NCBI GenBank assembly: GCA_027053075.1
Contig: JALUEE010000037.1
Location: 1 to 16,463 of the forward strand
Source of the DNA: a candidate division WOR-3 bacterium
Lineage (GTDB): Bacteria > Hydrothermota > Hydrothermia > B15-G9 > WFZT01
Direction: 5' to 3'
Length of the DNA: 16,463 nt
A program made the translations under genes and the position numbers. This document shows positions 1 through 6,327 of the stretch, one piece after another (position 1 is the stretch's first letter; the number at the start of each line of letters is the position of its first letter). The notes under the pieces were generated by a model. It ran no database searches, had not been told where the DNA came from, and saw only the letters and a program-made list of their open reading frames with translations.

Positions 1-96
1 AATCTTGAGGAGGCAGTAGGTGAGTCAATAAAGGAGATACGAGGTAATGGGAATTTGAAGCGAGCATTTTTTGCCCATGCAGGGCTGGAGCTGTGA
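1..96 (+). CDS. C-terminal fragment of an IS630-family transposase (truncated by the window edge)
   Basis: Frame 1 reads NLEEAVGESIKEIRGNGNLKRAFFAHAGLEL* (TGA 94-96). This resembles the 'L..AV...L..I......L...FF..AGL' tail of IS630 DDE transposases. It is not in the ORF track because it has no start. Confidence 0.65.
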   Translation, partial: NLEEAVGESIKEIRGNGNLKRAFFAHAGLEL

Positions 97-126
97 TGCG
101 TCACTTTAACTTAGCAAAGGTCAATA
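1..126 (+). mobile_element. Right end of a probable IS630-family insertion sequence (partial)
   Basis: A transposase-like C-terminus (1-96) is followed by a ~28-nt terminal segment ending ...GCAAAGGTCAA-TA (TA at 125-126). A TA target dinucleotide is typical of IS630. The left IR is outside the window. Confidence 0.65.
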
Positions 127-159
127 AGTCAAGTTTTTTTAGTTTGTACAGTATCTAAA

Positions 160-204
160 CTCCCTCCCTTCCTTTGGAAGGGAAGGTTGGGGTGGAATGG
201 GAAA
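160..204. repeat. REP-like palindrome, copy A
   Basis: Hairpin CCCTCCCTTCC-TTT-GGAAGGGAAGG (162-186, one mismatch) plus tail TTGGGGTGGAATGGG. It closely resembles the reverse complement of 15507-15553. Confidence 0.7.
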
Positions 205-287
205 AAATTTGTTGAACAAAAGGGGCAGGCATGTTCAGGAATACCATTACCCTGAGCATTCTAAACGTCTTCAACTTTATTCTATTC

Positions 288-321
288 TTCCCTGATCCTC
301 CTTCTCGGAGGAAAGAGGTGA
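288..321. repeat. Degenerate REP-like palindrome, copy B
   Basis: TCCTCC-TTCTC-GGAGGA stem (296-312) preceded by TTCCCTGA. Same polypyrimidine/polypurine design as the other copies. Confidence 0.4.
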
Positions 322-436
322 ATTTAATGATTGGTCTGCAATTATCCGTGAAGTTTTGAGAATCTGCAGGACGAAGTGGCAACTAATATTTAGATTTTTC
401 AAACAAGCCCATGATAAATGAGCTCGTTCGAAAATT

Positions 437-479
437 CCCCCTCCTATCCTCCCCCCATGCACAAAGTGCGTGGGGAGGA
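437..479. repeat. REP-like palindrome, copy C, with a CATGCAC-AAA-GTGCGTG apex
   Basis: CCCCCTCCTA followed by hairpin TCCTCCCCCCATGCAC-AAA-GTGCGTGGGGAGGA (447-479). Its reverse complement resembles 6243-6290. Confidence 0.7.
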
Positions 480-618
480 ATAAAAAGGTTTTGAAATTTT
501 TCGAGCAGGTTTATGCTAAATGATATAACGAGGGTATTTGCGGAAATTCGTTAGGAGATATGGAAAAGAAGGGGGAATGAGGATTTTACATCCATCAGCG
601 CGTTGTAATTTGCACAAG

Positions 619-653
619 AATAAAATGGGGGGCGCCGCTTCGCGGCGCCCCCC
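619..653 (-). terminator. Rho-independent terminator of the S8 protease gene
   Basis: Perfect 12-bp GC stem GGGGGGCGCCGC-GAA-GCGGCGCCCCCC (627-653), followed on the minus strand by ATTTTATT. It starts 9 nt after the TAA stop at 663. Confidence 0.85.
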
Positions 654-662
654 TCCACAAAT

Positions 663-3600
663 TTACTTCAAAATTATCACTTTCTTCGTCTTCTTAAACT
701 TCTCAGCCTTTATCTGCAGGAAGTAGACACCACCGGGCAAATTATTCACATTCCAGCTTGCAATATGCTGGCCGGCGCTGAACCTTCCACTCAAAATTCT
801 CGAAACTGCTCTACCCGTCACATCGTATGCGATCACGTTAACTTTAGACGCCTCAGGCAGAACAAAACTTATCCTTCCGTTCTTCGTAATCGGATTAGGA
901 GAAACACTAAAGGCAAACTTAACCGGTTTCAATCCAGACTCACCTACTCCAACAGATGGCGAGACTGTGGTAAACTTGATCGCCTTTCCTCCATAAATAC
1001 CAGTTGAAAGCCTATCAACATCGCCATCGTAGTACATCTGTATGCCGATTGTCTCTGTTCCATTCTCAATTCCAGTCGTGAAATCATCCTGGGCCGGGTC
1101 TACATTGTACTGGAAAACTATCTCCCCATCTCCAGTTGGGGTCGGATAGTACTGAGGATCGTACAAAATGATTTCGAAGGTCTCAATGTCTCCTGTAGCA
1201 GCGAAATGAGGCACCTGGTACCATTCGACGATAAATCTGTGGTTCGTAGCATCGCTATAATATGCAACCTGACCACCGCTGGAAGGGTTCAGGTCATCCC
1301 ATAGAGGGGCAATCATGTTGGCAGGTCCATCTTCATCGGGTATTCCAGAATTGCTAAAATCAGTGGCCCTTGTATTACCCATGGCTGCAAGACCATTTGA
1401 GCCTATGGTTATTGATGTAAACGTATTTCCATAGTACTGGAAAGAGAAGGGCAGATTCACAGTTGCGTCATCGTCATCACCAAGCGAAAGAGGAGTCCCA
1501 TGTCCACCCGCCCGCGGAGCTATTTCAACCCAGTTATACGTGGGTGCGGCACCGTAGGTGCTATCATTGCTCTCATAGGCATAGTAACCGTAGCTATCAG
1601 GACCGGATGGATCGTAAGGGGTTCTCACGCCAATAGTAAGACCAAAGTCGTAGGTTTTGGTGTAACCTGTGGAGTCTGTAAAGGTGAACATAATGTGAGC
1701 AACGTGCTCCCTTGGGGTATTTGGTGAAGCCTGAATCTGGAAAGCCGTATCCGTTACCGTGCCTCCGTTTGCAGGTATGTCGCCTATACTTGCCACTGAA
1801 TCTGTGATTGTGAGAAAACTGTCTGATGTTGTAATGGAAACCTGCACACCGGTTGCCGGCTGATTCCCCATGTCCGCTATGGTCATAGCGAGGCTTGCAC
1901 TTTCACCGGGGTCAAGCACACCGTTGCCTCCGTTATCGAGAACCGAGATGTCAACAACGGAAAGGACCACTCCCTCTAAAGGCACATCCTGTTCAATGGA
2001 TAGGTCGTCAATGTACCAGCCATCACGTGTGACAGAGCCGTCAGAAGTGAGTAAGAATCTGATAAATACCTGTGAAGAACCCGCAAATTGGGACAGGTCG
2101 CAGAACACTTCCTGCCATGTTGTCTGTGTTCCGGTCACGCGCATAAGGTCAACCCAATTCGCACCGGCACCGGTGTCCGTTGCGGCCTGAACATAACCAA
2201 AGTCAAAGCCCTGCTCAAGCTCGAATTTCTGCCAGAAGTGAACCCTGGCAAAATAAGCATTGCTCAAATCTATAGGAGTTTTCAAAAGGGCATAATAATT
2301 TGCATTATTGGGATAATCACCATTAGGAGAATCTGTCAGGCTATTTGCCCCTGAATGGAATTCTGTGGTCGAGAGGCCCCAGTTACCCGTAAGACTCCAG
2401 TTAGAAAGGCCATTTTCAAAGCTCGTTGAATACCAGGCGTAATAAACGGGCTCGCCGATTATCACAGTGATGGTATCAATCTTCGTATAGGGGGTTCCAG
2501 CAGTATCCTGGCCTGAGATGGATATAACAAAGTTTGCAGGGAGGCCCGGCCTGCGCGTTGAATCAACCGAAAAGCTGAAACCATCACCCTGGACTGTGGA
2601 GTCACGATAAACAGTACCGTAATTTGAGCTATAGTCGAGAATTGTGATATCCGGATCATTCGAGGAAATAGTGGCAGTTACGTTTGCAACATCAAGACCA
2701 AGGTTCCTGAGTGGAACATACATATCCACGGTTTCACCCGGATCTGGTCTTCCATTGTTGTTTCCTGAGGCATCGTTAAACTGTGGGGTTAAAACTCTCA
2801 AATATGGTGAATTCAGGCTTGGTGTGTTTTCTATGGTAAGAAGTGCATTCAGGCGACCCCATCCATAGTCGTTATTTGGATAGGTATGGCCTGCAGGATG
2901 GTCAACGCCATAGTTGGTAAGGATATCGTAAATTGTGTGATAGTCTAAAGAGGGATTCATCTCAAACATCAGGGCAATTACGCCAGTGACGTGGGGAGTG
3001 GCCATTGATGTACCATCCCAGCTGTCATAACCACCACCCGGCACACTTGAGCGAACATTCACGCCAGGGGCTGAAATATCCGGCTTGATAAAATTCCAAT
3101 CAGGCCTTGACCAGAGTGTCGTATCTGACCAGGGATACTGATTGGGAGCCGGGCCCCTTGAGCTGAAGCTTGCAATATTGTCAGAAATATCGGTGGCTCC
3201 AACACCGATAACATTTGGAAAGTTGCCAGGTGTCCCTGCACTACCCGATGAAGGGCCTGAGTTTCCATTCGCAAAAACAGGGATAATATCAAACTGGTGC
3301 CATGCCCTGACGAATGGAAGAAACGTCGTATCCTGACTATCGGTGCTTCCCCAGGAATTTGAAACTACCTTGATGTCAACGCCAGAATCTGCCTTGAGTG
3401 AAACAAACCACTGGAAGCAGGCGATAATATCATCATCACTACCGCTTCCACCTGAGTTAAATGCCTTGGCCGATGCGATCTGAGCGTTGTAGGCAATTCC
3501 AATATCCTCGGAGAATGGCCCAGGGCCATCTCCACCTGCGATAGTGCCTGCAACGTGTGTTCCGTGTCCGTGGTCGTCATAGGGCGTTGTCCTGTTGTTT

Positions 3601-4154
3601 ACCGCATCGAAGAAGTGGCCTGAAAAGTTGCCCTGAAGAGCAGGATGTGATGGATCGATTCCTGTATCCATGGTTCCAACTATAACACCGTCACCGGAAA
3701 GTCCATACTCTGCCCACACGGAATCTGCCTTTATCTTGTCTATATTCCAGCCAACGTCTTTATAGGATTTGGGCGATTTCTTTGGCATAATGATGTGTCT
3801 CGTGCGGTCAATATCAACGAGGGCAACATCTTCCCTTTTTGCTATTTCTACAATCACGTCCGGGGTAGCTTTTACATAAATCATGTTCACAAGCCAGAAA
3901 CTCTTGACTTCCTCCACACCTTTCATCTGCAGGAATGAGAGAAGATTCTGCTGTGAGCTTGTGGCTACTTCACGGAGTAGCTCAGCCTTCGCGCGATAGC
4001 CTTTTACTCTGTCCAGATTAGCCTGCTGTTTCATCCAGACAAGCGCCTTTACAGGCTCATCTGGTGCTGCCTTCTGCAGTTTTTCCATCATGTCGTGTGA
4101 GAGTGTCCCACCGACAAGGGATGTGACCATCAGTAGTGTTACAAGGTACTTCAT
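663..4154 (-). CDS. Secreted multidomain S8 (subtilisin-like, bacillopeptidase F-like) serine protease with a T9SS-type C-terminal sorting domain, 1163 aa
   Basis: Signal peptide and propeptide. Catalytic motifs MDTG (D), HGHGTHVAG (H), GTSMATPHV (S), oxyanion FANGN. Two NG.(P/L)DPGE Ig-like repeats, a jelly-roll domain ending SDGSVTRDGWYIDD, and a GPDSYGY domain. C-terminus SPNP...YDVTGR...LPGGVYFL...TKKVIILK. RBS GGAGG upstream of the ATG. Confidence 0.93.
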   Translation of the reverse strand: MKYLVTLLMVTSLVGGTLSHDMMEKLQKAAPDEPVKALVWMKQQANLDRVKGYRAKAELLREVATSSQQNLLSFLQMKGVEEVKSFWLVNMIYVKATPDVIVEIAKREDVALVDIDRTRHIIMPKKSPKSYKDVGWNIDKIKADSVWAEYGLSGDGVIVGTMDTGIDPSHPALQGNFSGHFFDAVNNRTTPYDDHGHGTHVAGTIAGGDGPGPFSEDIGIAYNAQIASAKAFNSGGSGSDDDIIACFQWFVSLKADSGVDIKVVSNSWGSTDSQDTTFLPFVRAWHQFDIIPVFANGNSGPSSGSAGTPGNFPNVIGVGATDISDNIASFSSRGPAPNQYPWSDTTLWSRPDWNFIKPDISAPGVNVRSSVPGGGYDSWDGTSMATPHVTGVIALMFEMNPSLDYHTIYDILTNYGVDHPAGHTYPNNDYGWGRLNALLTIENTPSLNSPYLRVLTPQFNDASGNNNGRPDPGETVDMYVPLRNLGLDVANVTATISSNDPDITILDYSSNYGTVYRDSTVQGDGFSFSVDSTRRPGLPANFVISISGQDTAGTPYTKIDTITVIIGEPVYYAWYSTSFENGLSNWSLTGNWGLSTTEFHSGANSLTDSPNGDYPNNANYYALLKTPIDLSNAYFARVHFWQKFELEQGFDFGYVQAATDTGAGANWVDLMRVTGTQTTWQEVFCDLSQFAGSSQVFIRFLLTSDGSVTRDGWYIDDLSIEQDVPLEGVVLSVVDISVLDNGGNGVLDPGESASLAMTIADMGNQPATGVQVSITTSDSFLTITDSVASIGDIPANGGTVTDTAFQIQASPNTPREHVAHIMFTFTDSTGYTKTYDFGLTIGVRTPYDPSGPDSYGYYAYESNDSTYGAAPTYNWVEIAPRAGGHGTPLSLGDDDDATVNLPFSFQYYGNTFTSITIGSNGLAAMGNTRATDFSNSGIPDEDGPANMIAPLWDDLNPSSGGQVAYYSDATNHRFIVEWYQVPHFAATGDIETFEIILYDPQYYPTPTGDGEIVFQYNVDPAQDDFTTGIENGTETIGIQMYYDGDVDRLSTGIYGGKAIKFTTVSPSVGVGESGLKPVKFAFSVSPNPITKNGRISFVLPEASKVNVIAYDVTGRAVSRILSGRFSAGQHIASWNVNNLPGGVYFLQIKAEKFKKTKKVIILK

Positions 4155-4166
4155 ACTTACCTCCCT

Positions 4167-4445
4167 TTACTTTATTGCTGAAATTAACATTAAAACTCCA
4201 ATTGTTACAAACAAAGCTCCAGAGACGATATTAATTACTCTATGGGATACGTAGTTGCTCAGGAACTCTCCGGCTACAATGGCAATCAACGATGCCACCA
4301 TAAAAGCGAGTGTTCCTGCAAGAAAGATTGACGTCTTGCTGATTTCTTTGTGGGTAGCGAATGAGAATGTTGCGAGATTTGTTTTATCTCCAAGCTCAGC
4401 AAGTAAAATGGTTATAAAAATTACAAAAAAGGCCCTGAAATTCAA
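4167..4445 (-). CDS. TMEM165/GDT1 (UPF0016) family putative Ca2+/Mn2+ transporter, single-repeat form, 92 aa
   Basis: Signature LAELGDKT in the first of three hydrophobic helices. TTG start 3 nt after the upstream stop codon. Confidence 0.88.
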   Translation of the reverse strand: MNFRAFFVIFITILLAELGDKTNLATFSFATHKEISKTSIFLAGTLAFMVASLIAIVAGEFLSNYVSHRVINIVSGALFVTIGVLMLISAIK

Positions 4446-4448
4446 AAA

Positions 4449-5030
4449 CTACTGCTCTCCTATTTCAAACTCCCTCTTCTCTCTTTCAAGAAAATCATCA
4501 AGGAAGTTTGCTACAAACCTGTAAAATTTTAGCCTGCTCTCATTTTTCAAATCTGAGGCAAAGTCCGGAACCCATTGAAGGATGTGCTCCTCAAAAAACT
4601 CTCTTGCAAGTTCAAGATCACCTTCTTCAAGGAGAAACCTCATAAAATCCAGCTCATAAGAAATGTGGTCTGGAAGGTCTTCTGGCACCTCAAGGTTGTA
4701 AAGAGAATAGTACTTCCCCACCTCTTCGGCGTAATCTCCCATGAGAAGCATCTCCCTGTAGGCTGATTCGTACGGTGGGGTGGGTAGAGTGGGAAAACTA
4801 TTGATGAATAACCTCGTATGCTCAGCCTGGAACTCCTGTGGTGGCAACGTGTGAAGCTCCTCCATCGCTTCACTAAACTGTGCAAGAAGATTTTCAGAAT
4901 CGTAAACTTCGTCAAGTATCTGAGCAATAAAATCTTCTATCTCAGGAAGCTTCTCAAAGAAATCATCCTCAGGGTAGAAAAATAACTGGCTTAAAAGCTT
5001 ATAGATTTCAGCTCTTTCTTTTACATCCAT
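4449..5030 (-). CDS. TorD/DmsD-family redox-enzyme maturation chaperone, 193 aa
   Basis: R..IY..LS.LF.YP N-terminus, E(H)TRLF, PPYESAY, the hinge motif LPDHISYELDFM, and FFEEHILQW. Very acidic and helical. Confidence 0.9.
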   Translation of the reverse strand: MDVKERAEIYKLLSQLFFYPEDDFFEKLPEIEDFIAQILDEVYDSENLLAQFSEAMEELHTLPPQEFQAEHTRLFINSFPTLPTPPYESAYREMLLMGDYAEEVGKYYSLYNLEVPEDLPDHISYELDFMRFLLEEGDLELAREFFEEHILQWVPDFASDLKNESRLKFYRFVANFLDDFLEREKREFEIGEQ

Positions 5031-5039
5031 GGTTGGTTA

Positions 5040-5067
5040 ATTTTAATGCTAAACTTCCGATATTCAA
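5040..5067 (-). promoter_or_regulatory. Putative sigma70 promoter for the torD-like/GDT1/S8 cluster (near-leaderless)
   Basis: Minus strand: TTGAAT (5067-5062) -N16- TAAAAT (5045-5040) -N9- ATG (5030). No Shine-Dalgarno sequence lies between the -10 box and the ATG. Confidence 0.55.
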
Positions 5068-5068
5068 T

Positions 5069-5109
5069 GGGGGCATTTCGCACGCACAAAGTGCGTGCGA
5101 AATGCCCCC
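5069..5109. repeat. Perfect 19-bp inverted repeat (REP-like palindrome, copy D)
   Basis: GGGGGCATTTCGCACGCAC-AAA-GTGCGTGCGAAATGCCCCC. No adjacent U-tract on either strand. Confidence 0.85.
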
Positions 5110-5154
5110 TCAAAGATTCTCAAACAATCCCGAATAAAATCTCAACCTATATTT

Positions 5155-6084
5155 TCAAGACCCACCGGGCTGAATACCGTCTATGATATTAAGCTCATCT
5201 AACTCCCTATCACTGCGCGCAGCATAAGGAATGTAGCCATGAGATATGGCCTTTTCTCTATAGTCATCTATCCTGATTTTGTTCTCCCCCACGTACCCGC
5301 TTCCATCATCCACGTAATCCACCGACAGGACAATACGTCCGGTGTTCAAAACGACCTGAAGATACTGCGCACGTTCTGCAGTTATGGCACGGGGGATGGG
5401 AAGGATTCCATCGTAAAACATATCTTCAACGGCCCAGCCGGAAATCTCCCTTAAAAGCTCACCATCTGAATCGTATCTGATAAGCCTCTCTCCATTCTGC
5501 GGAATAATGTAAAAATCTTCTCCTGCGCGTGACTTACAGTAACGTGCAATAGCCACAACAAAGTTGATCATTCTCTCTGCCGCCTCCTGCTCGCTTATAA
5601 TAGAATCTTCAGAGCTCCAGTATTCGAACTCGTCCACCTTGTCGAGATAAACACCTCTAAATCCCTGCCAGATGATAGTATCAAGGTAGGTGTAAATGAT
5701 CCTCTGCCAGGTGGTATCCCAGTACCTTACCGCATAGTTGCCTCGCCAGTTGGGATTTTCGGGCCCGAGCCATGATGGCGGCAGACTATCCCATGCAGGA
5801 TTCCAGTAAAACCTATAGTCTTCTGCCTCCCCAATGCTGATATATGCAATTGGCAAAACACCTGCATCCTTTATAAGAGAAATATCCGATGGAGAATATT
5901 TGTTTTCTGCAGTCCCGTCCCTCGAATAATCTATTACCATAATGTCAAAACCCGAGCGTGCAATTTCGTGGGAATCGGCATTTTGCAGTTGATAAGCCCA
6001 GCTTTCAGGATTCCCATCTCCCTGAAAAATTTTAGAACATCCTGCAGCAAAAAACGCTATGATCAGCAACACAATCCATTTCAT
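5155..6084 (-). CDS. MJ1477/TM1410-family glycoside hydrolase (GH114, endo-alpha-1,4-polygalactosaminidase-like) lipoprotein
   Basis: WAYQLQ, VIDYSRDG, AYISIGEAEDYRFYW, ENPNWRGNYAVRYW, GFRGVYLDKVD, IIPQNG, AVED, VDY. I moved the start to ATG 6084 (MKWIVLLIIAFFAAG-C, lipobox-like) instead of the ORF-track start at 6138. Confidence 0.9.
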   Translation of the reverse strand: MKWIVLLIIAFFAAGCSKIFQGDGNPESWAYQLQNADSHEIARSGFDIMVIDYSRDGTAENKYSPSDISLIKDAGVLPIAYISIGEAEDYRFYWNPAWDSLPPSWLGPENPNWRGNYAVRYWDTTWQRIIYTYLDTIIWQGFRGVYLDKVDEFEYWSSEDSIISEQEAAERMINFVVAIARYCKSRAGEDFYIIPQNGERLIRYDSDGELLREISGWAVEDMFYDGILPIPRAITAERAQYLQVVLNTGRIVLSVDYVDDGSGYVGENKIRIDDYREKAISHGYIPYAARSDRELDELNIIDGIQPGGS

Positions 6085-6240
6085 GATATGAAATTTTAAG
6101 GCATGCCCACCACCAATTTCGCCCTGATTAAGTGTCAACCATGGCTTATCAATACTGGTTATACCAACTTTTCCTCATATCGCTTGGAGGAATTTTCTGA
6201 AACACTGGCAAAATAATTTACCTGTCCGACTTAGAAAGAA

Positions 6241-6290
6241 CTTCCTCTCCCCGCATCAATTTTCCGCGGGGAGAGGATTGAGGTGAAGGG
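6241..6290. repeat. REP-like palindrome, copy E (may also stabilise or terminate the mutL transcript)
   Basis: Perfect 12-bp stem TCCTCTCCCCGC (6243-6254) / GCGGGGAGAGGA (6266-6277), followed by tail TTGAGGTGAAGGG. Confidence 0.75.
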
Positions 6291-6327
6291 TCACATCTTA
6301 AATTTTTATAGAATTTAACATGTACTC

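Noticed and set aside
160..513. Possible CRISPR array or integron attC cassettes
   Set aside because: The repeats are diverged, irregularly spaced and in mixed orientation, with no constant repeat-spacer period, no cas or intI gene, and no clear RYYYAAC/GTTRRRY boxes.
155..726. Short ORFs 155-382(-), 277-462(-) and 538-726(+)
   Set aside because: They run through REP-like hairpins and the terminator, with no RBS or recognisable motifs; best explained as non-coding DNA.
6085..6138. ORF-track N-terminal extension of the GH114 gene
   Set aside because: The lipoprotein signal begins at ATG 6084, and the extension contains promoter-like sequence (TAAAAT, TTGACA).
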